The notes below the pieces were generated by a model, which saw only the letters and a program-made list of their open reading frames with translations, was not told the origin of the DNA and made no database searches. This document shows, piece after piece, positions 37,900 to 48,763 of a stretch of 64,000 bases of DNA. Within the stretch, counting starts at the first letter, position 1. Every line of letters begins with the position of its first letter. The stretch lies in assembly GCA_028534125.1 (NCBI GenBank), contig CM052817.1:106642001-106706000 (forward strand). The letters are read 5' to 3'. The stretch comes from Lama glama (taxonomy: Eukaryota). Position numbers and translations under genes: made by a program.

Positions 37900-38560
37900 C
37901 TCTTCATTTATTCACGTACTCATTTATCCAACATGTCTGAGCTCCTACCCTGTGGCAGCCTCTCTGACAAGTACTGAGCTCATAGTCATGACCCCAAAAA
38001 TCTGTGGGTCTTAGGGTCCAATGGAAGAGACAGACATTAGCCAGAAATAAGCATATAATCAAAGTGTGATAAATTGAAGTGAAAGATCAGGGTACTGTGA
38101 AAAAGTAAGAGTGAGCTTCCCGGAAAGTCTAAGTTCATAGCCTTTTTTTTTTTTTTCATGGTAATGTTTCTCTTTTTTTTTAGAAAGAAGTTCATAGCAT
38201 TTAAACAAAGATGAGCAGGATATGGACAAGGAGTTGGAGGTGACAAGCACACCAACTATAGGGCATTGCCTTAGAAGAGAAATCATTTTGAGCTCCCCAG
38301 GAATAATGAGCAAGTAGAAGAGAACCGTGTAAATAATGCTGGAGAGATAGGCAAGGGCCAGATGGTCCAGGAAACTATACTTCTTGGGAAGAATTTTGAT
38401 TTATATTCTAAGTGCAGTGGTAAAACCATGAAAGCATATGAAGAAATGGACTGACATAAGATGAACAGTGTTAATAAACACTTCAGTGTCTGTGTAGAGT
38501 GTATTCGAGATCTGCTTTTGTGGTTGAACCAAAGGAAACAAGAACGGATGGTGAATTCAA
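37900..38560 (-). mobile_element. L2 LINE fragment (purine-rich strand on +)
   Basis: Starts TTCATTTATTCAC..CATTTATCCAACAT; later GGCCAGATGGTCCAGG and TTTATATTCTAAGTGCAGTGG L2-like motifs. Confidence 0.5.
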
Positions 38561-38819
38561 AATTGGAGCAAAGTAGGGAGAAGAAACGTTGTAATGTTTT
38601 ATTTTTTGACGGAGGAGGAGCTGGATGCCGGCGCTGTGTACTGCAGTGGGGTGGCTAGGCAGATGGCAGCAGACCTGAAGGAGAATCAGAAGTCAAGAGC
38701 TTATTTGGCAACTTGCTGAGATTGAAGATTTACTTTCTCCTAATGCACAAAGGCACCCAGAGGACGCTGGGGCCCCAAATTCTGAAATGTGTAGTCTGAT
38801 AGTCCATGATGTCTCTAAA

Positions 38820-39340
38820 TGTCCCCTTTTTTTATATGAGCATATCCTATTTCATTTAACCAATTCACTGTTGTTGAATATATAGGCTGTTAACAATTCT
38901 GTCCCTCATTATAAATTATACAATTGGAACATCTTGTCATATCCATCTTTGGCTTGTCTTTTTATTATTTTTTTAAGATAGATTCCTAGAAGTGGAATTA
39001 CTAGGTTAAAGGGTATGCATGTTTAAAAGGTTCTTCACATATACACTATATAAGTTTCTAGAAAGTTCATTAACAAAGGATGCCCCCACCAGCAACATCT
39101 AAAATACACCTATCAATACTGAGTGCCTTAATTCCACAGATGAAGGGGTGCCTTATTTTTCGTATGCAAATTAGATTATTTTTATTTTTATATTATTTAC
39201 TAAATTTTTTAAATTGAAGTGTATCTGACAAACAAAATTATAAGTTTTATAACAGCGCACAAAGTGATGACTTGACACGCATTGTGGAAGGATTCCCCCA
39301 GCACCTCACCTGTTTACCCATTTCCATCACCTCACATCAC
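38820..39340 (-). mobile_element. Old L1 3' fragments
   Basis: TAGATTCCTAGAAGTGGAATTACTAGGTTAAAGGGTATG and TTTTAAATTGAAGTGTATCTGACA. Confidence 0.65.
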
Positions 39341-39824
39341 CTATTATTTGATGCCTTGTTCAGTTTTGAAGTTGAATTCACATTTTACAACAGTCTTAAA
39401 GTAAACATAAATATTTGAATATTTGGTTGAAGTCAATTTGAATCAATTTGATCCAAAAATCAAAAGATAAAAGAAATGATGGTCACCTCTCCCCTCCCCT
39501 CCACGGCCACACAGTGTCTCTTGGAACTACCTGGAGCTATTTCCTGCATATATAATTATTTTCTTCTTTCTCCCTTCTAGCACACTACACATTTCTTCAC
39601 CTTCCTTTTGTCACTTAAAAAAATATTTTAGGAAACTATTTGGGGTTGGTATTTTTTTTTTAATTTTGTTTCTTATTGAAGTGTAGTTGATGGACAGTGC
39701 GAGTTTCAGGTGTTAAACGTCTCCCTTTGAGTGAGTGGGATTGTTCCAAACGCTTGTACAATTTGGGCACAAGTGAAAACCTTCCATCACTATCTTTCAC
39801 TTCCAAGTACAATTTGGTTAGTTA

Positions 39825-40195
39825 GGATTATAAGGTTCGCAACCCCTCAGGGGAAATTCCAAAATCTAAAGATTGTAAAATCTAAATGTGTTTTTATAAC
39901 TCATTCACGAGCAGAAGTTGACATAACCCAACCAAATCTGGCACCAAAAACCCATGCTGAACTGACGGGAGGCTCTGTTGGTTTTATTTCAGCCCTCTTC
40001 GCTGGACCGTTTGCATGTTTCACAGAAGTGTAACAGAAATAGAAACAGCTTTGACTGTAAGCTGTTGCCTAGACGCTGCTGGTGAGGTTATGTAATATGT
40101 AACACATGTGCTTTATTGCCTTTCTAAAATCTTAAAGATTCAGAATCCAGATGCCCATCTAACCCCAAAGAGTTCAGAATGTGGGCCAGTAACAG
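39825..40195. mobile_element. Probable old TcMar-Tigger-like DNA transposon remnant
   Basis: Degenerate inverted ends (AGGTTCGCAACCCCT..AAATTCCAAAATC / CCCCAAAGAGTTCAGAATGTGGGCCAGTA). Family not certain. Confidence 0.4.
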
Positions 40196-43100
40196 TATAC
40201 ACCTTCTTGGGGATCATTGAATATTTTCAACCAATTTGTTTATCAACAAAGGACAAAAAAATTATCATTTCTATTTTTACTGCATTCTGGAGACAGATTT
40301 GAGAGCAGGCTGGCCTAAAATAGTTAAGTCACCTACCCTCATCTCAACCAAACTAAACCAAAACAAACAAAAAAAGGAATTCGGACCAATTCTAAAGGTT
40401 TGGGGGGGGTTGTTGTTATGTTTGTTTGTTTGTTTTAGATTAAAAGAATCCAAAATACTGGCCAAGCTAAGAGAAAAGAAAAAGTTTAATTACTGGTCTT
40501 TCCCTAAATCTTCATTGGGTTTTGGTTCTGGTCTTGTTAATAGGAGCAAAATCCAAAGGCGCCGCAGCTTAAGTGTCTCATGGAGCCTGCGTGTCTTCAC
40601 TGGCCCAGCACCTGGCACCCAAAAGCGAGAGGAACTCAGCAATGCAGTCCTTTCTCTCCTTGGAAAGAAGTCACAGACGCTCCTGTATTCCTAGAAGAAA
40701 AGGTTCTCACCATGTTCTCAGAGTGAAGGAATCAAACTCTCACATCAGTTTGACTTTTGAATCATCTGAGGTCTCTGTGCCCAACAGGGAAGGCTGCTCG
40801 ACCCTCCATCAAAAGTTAGAGAGTGAATCAAGCGCAAGAGAGAGCACAGCCATCTCACCCATGGACACCACGGCCAAAAAACAGAAAAGCAAGGAATCAC
40901 CTTCCGATACATAATGAGACAAAGCCCTGAATGCTTTTTCCAGCCAGTTGGGTCTGTGTCCATTTAGCTTGACCGAGAAAGGACAGCATCTAGAAACCAG
41001 ACACCACTGTCAGGACCCCATTGCGGGTTCCAGCCCTAGATAACTGGGGCAGGGCGAGAAGGACTGTGAATATAAGAACAATTATTGTTACTCTAGTATT
41101 AATAAATAATTAGCCTTAAATTTTGAATACCCTTAAGTGTCAGGCAGTCAGCTATATACTCAACATGGATAATCTTGCTAAAACGTACAACCACTGTTCA
41201 AAACAGACATTATTTTCAATTTACACATGTAGAATTGGACCACAGTGAAGTTACAGAAGCCGCCCGACTCCCTCCCTCTGTCTGCTTCCCTACCTTAGAC
41301 CGATAGTGGCAGCTTCTTGCCTTGCGATTGCTCTGCCCACTGTCTGACACCCATCCATCCTCTCCCACAGCACCTGCAGACACATATCAAGCTCTTTTGG
41401 GGAGCACAGATTTAGATATACACCACCAACACCCCACTATTACTCCAGAAAGTATCTTCAGTCTTCAAAACTCCCTTACTCAATATCCACTGTTGATAAT
41501 TTTGTGACCTCAAAGTAGGTCAGACACTTCAAGCGTTGTGTAATTAAGTCTTGATATTACTTTTTAAAAAATTCTCTTTTGTACCCAGATCTTGACTTTG
41601 TCGTTGAAATATTGCATCGGGGCACCTCCGGTGAATGCACAATTTCTCTTGCCCACCAGCAGAGTATGCAGCACATAGTAGGCACTGCTCATTTTTGAAT
41701 GAAAAGGTGCCGATTTTATAGCACTCTTTAGAGCATATAAATCACCTCTTCTATACTTTCCAGAGAAGATCTTCTAGATTTAGTACTTTTTACTGAGTTA
41801 ATTAACAAGATCCACATCCTATTATAATAAACTTCTTGGCAAAGGCAGCTAACAGTCACTATCTTATTTTAATAACTGCAGCCTTTCCTTACAGCTTATC
41901 TTCCAGCAAAGCCAACACTACAAATTTTGCCTCTTTTTCCTAAGTGCTGACTGAGCAACTTCTTTACATAGACCTTGCTCCTCACTAAATCAAGCAAAAT
42001 CAGGGACAAGTGATTGAATGTGTATAGGGTAGGCGGAGGAGAATTTGAGGTTGAGAAGATTGAGCAGACAACAACTTTTGAATTTAAATATTGCCAACCA
42101 GGGCAGGCTATGCTGCTCACTGAAGACAGATTCATATTCAGCCCCTTGAACTTGAGAAACTAAAGTTACCTGTTAACCCAGCATCATTCACATAAGGTGA
42201 ACTGAACTCAAAGGCACCTCAAAATACCTTTTAAGATCACTATTTTTTTCATATTTTTTCCTCTTGACTAAATTAACATCTGTATCAAATTTTCCCCTAT
42301 TCCTTCTAACTCTGTGTTCAATGTGAATGCCAGGTATGAGGAGGCTATATTTAGGCAATTATGAATGTAATTATCTCTTTTGCCTTTATGATTACCTTTA
42401 TGAGTATCTGATCTTTCAACCAAAGGCATCCATTTAGAACTTTTCAAGAAAGAATATAAAGGGATCAGAGGGAAGAATTGGTAATATTTTGCCTGTTAAA
42501 CAAAATTGAATTTTGCAGGAAGAAATTTTCTTACAGACGAGGGTGTTGGGTGGTTGTTTTGAGAAAGGATTCTTCAATGCACTTATTTCCTCCCCCTTAG
42601 CAACCTAGGAGAGACGAGGCCTGGAAGACTTACATCATCCTATATTCTCCTAAAATAAAGTGTCTCTTATTCTTGGGAAAATAAGACCACTGTTTTATCC
42701 TACAAAATAGGGTGAGTAAAATAAAGCTCCCTTTGCTTCAAGGAGATTATTGGTAAGAGAGAGAGAGAAGGAGAGAGGGAAAAACAAATATCCAAATATC
42801 TGTGTCCAACTGTCCTCTCCTGGGGCTTCATTTCAGTGAAAGGAAAATATCTTCCGTGGTTTGGGAGGTATTTACATACTGACACCCATCCCAACCTTCT
42901 GTCTAAGATGTGAAAGGAGATTCCCCTTCAAACTGCTCTAAATCAACCCAAGGGGCCACCATTTGATTCCTTTTGGGTGGATGAAATCCAGCAGTGTCAG
43001 CAGAAGGAGGCAGATACGGAGACATCTTAGGAAAGCAGAGTGCTTTATAGCAAGGGCGGCATCGGAGAAGCCTGCACCCCTACCCAGGCTTGGACTGAGT

Positions 43101-43844
43101 GAAAATAGAAGCAGAAGTTCACGGAGGCCCACGGTGGAGGGGAGGTGGAGCTTTGCCCAAACTGAAAGTGACCACATCACAAGTTACACCATCCTCAGAA
43201 CGGAGCTACAGATGCCAACCTGACAAACATCAGCCACGTGGACTTGGCCGAGGAGACAGGACAGCACCCCACCTCACCTCAACCTCTCCACAGAGGCTAC
43301 ACAGTCATCCTTCTTAGACGTAACGAAATGTCATCAATTCGGAGTTTTGGGTTTTTTTAAGTGGGCCTAAAACACGATTTCATCCGTTTTTCTTTTATTT
43401 TCTCTTATTTCTTTCTGAGTTTTAATGATTACAAAGCATTTTAATGATTACAACTGAACTGGATGATTGGTGATGTTTATAATTAGTCAACAATTGACCT
43501 ATGGAATCAAAAGACTGTCAGTTCATGTATTTGAAGACCATCAACCCTCCTATTACTATACTGCTATTTTATAATCATCATTCAAATGTTCTTGGCAGGA
43601 AATTATATAAGAGAAAAAAATTAACTTCACCAAAAAACCATAAAGAGTAAACAAACAAACAAACAAACACCATCAAGGTCAATTACTATTGTTTTAACAG
43701 GTCCCAGCACTCACTTATCCTACAACCAGGATTAGAGGTAAGAACTCAGGTTCCTTCAGATAACAGTTACTGAGCACTTGATGTAAATAAGACACTGTGT
43801 ATCATCTTTCCATGCATCTTCTCAGTAAATATACTCAAACAACA

Positions 43845-45620
43845 TGTATTTTTTTCAGTGTCAACTATTTGCCAGGGACTGTGCTAGTTACTGGGTAGAG
43901 AGTGATGTCCCAGACTAGACAGTACCTAGTCGGGTACTATCCATGTCCTCACTTGGCTTAACTTCTCATGGAGAATACAAATCAAAAAGAAAGCAAACTA
44001 ATAAATAATAAAGTAATTGTGTCATAGAAATTCACAAGAGATAAAGAGAATCCCACATGAAGATCTTCTTCAGGTAGGATCATCAGGGAGGACCTCGGAG
44101 GGAGACATCTTTAAACTAAGCCTAACGTGAGAAACCATATAAAGAGCTAGACTGAAGTGTGCAGCAAGAGGTGGGTGCCATGCAACGGGCACACCCTATA
44201 CCAGCCAGGTCCAGGAAGAGCATGGAGTGGTCACAGAACTGAAGGAAGCACAGTCTGGCTTGTGTGTGGCAAGCTTGAAGAGGTGTAGCATAACCTAAAT
44301 CTGACAAGATAAGCACCAGGAAGAGCCTTGTGAGCCATAGTAAGAATTATGCACTTTATATTAAATTCAGTGGAGGCCACTACAGAATGCAAAGCAGAAT
44401 GTGGTGCGGTTCAGGAGCTACAGATATCTCAGCTGCAACAACGTGAAGACTGGGAAAGAGGAACACAAGAGTAGGAAAAGACAAACTAGATTGTAAACTC
44501 TGGGAGCAGTCTAAGCAGAAGATGGCTATGGTTTGACTAAAGAGCTGGCACTGGAGGTGGAAGGAGAGAATAAAGTTTTATTTTAGAAACAGAATCAGGA
44601 CTGTTAATGGCTCAGTGTTGGGGGTGAGGGGAGGGAATGTTACCAAACTGAACTTTGGTCCAGTCACCCTCAATGCAGCAAAACCAATCCACTGACACCA
44701 GGTGGTAGTGAAGGAAAGTACAGCATTTATTGCAGGGCGCCCAGCAAGAAGAATGGGCAGCTAGTGCTCAAAGGACCTGGTGGATTTCAGCGAAGCATTT
44801 TTAAAAGCAAACTTGAGGGTGAGAGCTGCAAGGGGCATGACTTCCCTCTGATTGGTTGGTGATGAGGTAACAAGGTGGTGCTTCAGAAATCTTAATCATC
44901 CATCTTCTGGTTCTAACCAGTCTGGGGTCTATGTGCTTGTGGTCACCCTCTGCCATATGGTGGGAGTCTTAGTTTCTGCAGAACAACTCAAAGCTATGCA
45001 TCAGATTGTTATGTGTATCCCTTGAGGAGGAAACAGGACTCTGTTTTATCTCTGAACTATTTTCATTACTTTTCCTACTTAACTATTTTTCCATTGTTTC
45101 TGTGTTCCCTCACTTCCCTAATTACTAACTGCTTGGATCTGTTCTTTGGGACTCAGGGAAGGTTTAGGAGATTAAAACCTTTTCTACAAACAAGAAACAA
45201 GGGTCACTGAGGGGCTTTTGTACCTGGGAGGGTTCTGCAGGGTCCTGCTAGGTTTCAGTCCTCTCTTTTCCTTGATTCTTCTTAATCCTGAGAGGAATAG
45301 GGGTGGGACAAGAAAGGGAGTAAAGTTTTGAATAAAGAAATTAATCATAAACTCATCAGGGGAACTAAGTTTTAGGGCAACTCAGTTTCAGGAAGAATCA
45401 AAGATAATTTCTTTGAATGGAAAACAAAGAAAAATTTGAGGTATGTTAGGTTTTAGACATCTGTGAGACATACAAGTGGAAATGAATACGTTAGAAGTAG
45501 AAATGCACATCTAAAGCACAAAAGAGAGGCATGTGTTAGAGACATCGCCATTTTCTTAAAGATGAGATTAAAATCCCTGAGAATTGGTGAGATTCCCAGA
45601 GGAGAGTAAATAGTAAAAGA
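43845..45620 (-). mobile_element. L2 LINE fragment split by an LTR insertion
   Basis: CTATTTGCCAGGGACTGTGCTAG at the start. Purine-rich L2-like sequence continues on both sides of 44638-45390. Confidence 0.55.
44638..45390 (-). mobile_element. Solo ERV1-type LTR (753 bp)
   Basis: TGTTACC...CAGTTTCA with a perfect TSD GGAA (44634-44637, 45391-45394). Homologous to 19882-20498. Confidence 0.88.
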
Positions 45621-45639
45621 AGGAAAATAGAAATGTGGC

Positions 45640-45795
45640 CCCCAACATCCCACAATCCTTTGAAGTAGGGATTGTTATATTATTTCCATATTACAAGGGG
45701 ACAAAACTAAAACTCCGTGAAGGATATGTAACTTGCCCAAAGGCTTTTGCAGCTACTAGAAAGCCAAGGCACCTTTCAGTCTATAGCCCAAGCTC
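45640..45795 (-). mobile_element. MIR SINE (degenerate)
   Basis: ACAATCCTTTGAAGTAGG..CCATATTACAAG..GTAACTTGCCCAA. Confidence 0.55.
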
Positions 45796-46919
45796 TGAGT
45801 CAAAGTCAGTTTCTGGAAATTGACACATTGTAACTGACCATACTTCAGTAAAAAAAATTTAGGTTAAAGAAAAAGCAAAGTCATTTAGACCTCAACTCCA
45901 ACTGAACAAATATCAAATGAACAAACAAAACCTGTCAAACCCCAGCCATTGGCTTCCTGATTCTACTTTTCTCATTTAATTTAATAAAAACGTAACTAAC
46001 ATTTCTTTCTTTTTTTTTTTTTAGCTATATCAAAACTTTATTCCCTGGAACCTGGGCCAGAAAGATCACTCAGGAAGCTGCACGCCCCTATACCCTGGCC
46101 CCTTCTGTTTTTGGACCCTGGTGGAATGTGCAGTCTGCCTTCCCCAGTGCCAAGGAGAGACCAACAGAAGATGAACACCACTTTTCTCTGTGATGTGCAG
46201 AGTGAAAGGGGTATGAGCAGAAACCTGCTGTCCCTCCTGAGGCTCCCAGTGGTGCTGGGGTGCCAGAGGGTACATGGTCCCAAAGCCAGGTGGAAACACA
46301 CACACACACATCCCTGGGGTTAACTCTTGATCCCAGCTGTTGGATCAGGTCGGGAGGGGGCCTCATAAGATCATGACAGCTACAACTGGTAGCTTTAAGG
46401 GCACCTGAGATACTACCCCCCAAAGCCTGCCAGGGCCCAGTGGCTCCAGCTGGAAGCAGATGTTCAAGGTCATCCCAAGGCCTTAGGGTTGCCAAAACAC
46501 GCAAACAACACTGATACGTATGGCTGCAGAAGCTGGGGAGGGGGTGAGGAGGGAGCAGGGAGAGAACCTATAAATCCCCAACAGAAACACCAGAAGCAGA
46601 GAAGAGGAGCCCCAGACGCTTGCATCTGGCTGGGCCGGGCAAGCTGAAGGGGAGTCCAGAGTCTCACACTGAGTGGTGAGACACGCTCACCACCCTCAGC
46701 ATCACAGGGACCCGCCAGGTAAGAAAAAGCTGTTACCCTGCCCCCATCCAAGTCACAGTCTTCCAGGGTTTCCCATCTAAGTGTCCTGGATGTATGGCTT
46801 CAGGTTCGGCAGAGGGCCGGAGGGGATTCGGTCTGGGACCCAGAGATCGGGTGTTACTGCTGACCTCGCGCAGGTGGCTGCGTGGAGCGTGGAGAGGCGG
46901 GTGGACAGGGAGGGGGTCT

Positions 46920-48223
46920 TCAGAGGTAGACGTTGAGGGTCTGCAGAATGCCCCGGTGGCGGAGTGGGCAGTTGCAGTGGTAGACGGGGTGGAGCATCAG
47001 GATTTCGGTGCAGGCCTGGCACAGGCACAGGTGCCAACAAGGCAGAAGCAGCACCGTCTTGCCCTGGTCCTGGCAGATGACGCACTTCTTCCGCTCCTCT
47101 TGCTCCTTCAGCAACTTCCATGGGTCTTGCCCAGCTACAGGCTCCTCCACAATGAGCCTCTCCCGGCCCCGGGCAGCTGTCACCCTGGCCATCCTGACTG
47201 CCTACTCTTCTACCTCTGATCTGAGCCCTACTTCAAGAAAAGTGTCCTGTCACCAGGTCCTGGCTGAGGGCACCCTCCTAGGGCCACCCTGGGGGGCCCC
47301 AGGTGCCCTTCCCCGGTTTGGCCAGCTCACCAGCTGCAGGCTTCGGCTCCAGATGTGGCATCAGGCCTCCAGGCCCAGTGCTAGACGAGACAGCTGTACA
47401 ACATCCTCTCTGAGTCGGTGGTAGCATGGCCGGGCGTGGAGCTGACTGAGCACCCAGGTGGCCAGCCTCAGGGTGAGGTCCAGGTGCAACACAATCACCG
47501 TCACTGCCAGCACACAAGCCAGCAGCGCTAGGCCGGTGAGATTGACAAGCACAAAGCTGGCCAGGAAGCGGGCAGCTGAGGCCAGGAGCTCCAGTACTAG
47601 TTGGCAGGGGGGCCAGAGGAGGATGGACATGGCCACAGCACTGCTGGAAATGTGGGCTAGGAAGGCAGCCACCACATCTGTCATCCTCCACAGTGGCCCC
47701 GTCACTGCATCCCACAGGGCCAGCACCAGGGAGAAGAGGTTCTGAGTACCAACGAGGCAGATGTTGACCAGGCTATTGATCACACAGGCCGCCAGGCTCA
47801 TGGTAATGGCACAGATGCCACAGGCCTGCCGCAGCAAAGCATGGCCATTGGAGACCACAGTGAGGACGCCCCGGTGCAGGGTCTCCTGGCTCCTAAGCGC
47901 CCCATGAGAGGCCAGGTGCCCCAGGAGCTTTAAGCTCTCCAGACCAGAATAGCAGCTGTACAGTATGGTACACAGGGCCTGCAGCCCCCAGAGGTGAACC
48001 AGGCCACGGCTTCAATCAAGGCCAGCAGTGAAAGCCAGGCTCCACAGCCCAAGTGCAGAAGACCAGTCAGCACCGCGCGTGGCAGGTTGCAGATGAAGGC
48101 CAGGAGCCAGGCCAGGAGCCAGGCCAGGAGGGAGGCCACCAGCAGGAAGCTGAGGTCCAACACCACAGTCAGCACAACCAGCAACAGGCCCACCCCGACC
48201 ACTACCAAACACACAGCCTCCAC
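46920..48223 (-). pseudogene. RNF26: Disabled RNF26 CDS
   Basis: Start codon ATG>GTG (48221-48223), 1-bp frameshift near 47984, in-frame stops at 47361-47363, 47250-47252 and 47202-47204, and the last RING Cys lost (CPLC>CPLR). Confidence 0.92.
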
Positions 48224-48530
48224 GATAGTGCTACGGAGGTTAATCCAAAAGGAAGTCTGGCTCCCGGTTGAGGGGCGTGTCAGAGCTTTCAATATTTGGG
48301 GAGTTCAGGAATTAATTTGGAAGAGAAGTGAGCAGGCTCCAATCCAGGGAGAATCCGAGGAAGTGGGCTGGAAGGAAGTGGAGTCTCAGGTGAGGGAAAG
48401 GGAGCCAGGTGCCGGCCCAGGAGCCCCGGTTTTGAAGGCGGGCTGTTTGGGAGGAAAGAGGCCGAACATTTCCAAAGTGGAGGTGATCCCGGGCTGGAAG
48501 AGAAGCTCAGCTTTGAAGGCCTGGTGGTGA

Positions 48531-48763
48531 CGTACCACGGCCGGGCAACGGGTCAGACCCAGGAGACCGGGACCGGAAGGGATCGGGCCGGGCCGGGGCC
48601 GGGCGGGGGCGGCGCAGGCTGGGCGCAGGCTCGCGGTCCAGCTACGCAGGTGCCCCTGTCGCCGCGCGGCCCCGGCCTCGGGGCTCGCGGAGATTTGTGC
48701 CCAAAGGGGCAGTGGGGAGGGGAGCGAGCCTCTACTTCGCTGGGCGCCGCCATCTGGTGCGCT
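48531..48763. promoter_or_regulatory. Small CpG-island-like segment (retrocopied RNF26 5' leader) with a YY1/TISU-like motif
   Basis: About 30 CpG in about 233 bp by manual count. CCAGATGGCGGC on the minus strand at 48746-48757. GC boxes (GGGCGG). Confidence 0.7.

Larger units (their letters stand above)
46008..48763 (-). pseudogene. RNF26: Processed pseudogene (retrocopy) of RNF26, RING finger protein 26
   Basis: Perfect 15-bp TSD TAACTAACATTTCTT (45993-46007, 48764-48778). Poly(A) remnant 46008-46022, AATAAA 46037-46042 (-), L1 endonuclease-like site TT/AAGA. Translations match recalled RNF26 from (M)EAV.LVV to [30 protein letters not shown]. Confidence 0.95.

Noticed and set aside
40236..40914. 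Overlapping 152-aa and 113-aa ORFs
   Set aside because: Non-ATG starts, partly low-complexity sequence and no recognisable domain; consistent with chance ORFs.
46920..48292. RNF26 as a functional gene (ORFs 47930-48292, 47361-47858, 46920-47192)
   Set aside because: Lost start codon, a frameshift, three in-frame stops, a lost RING Cys, plus TSD and poly(A): a retro-pseudogene.
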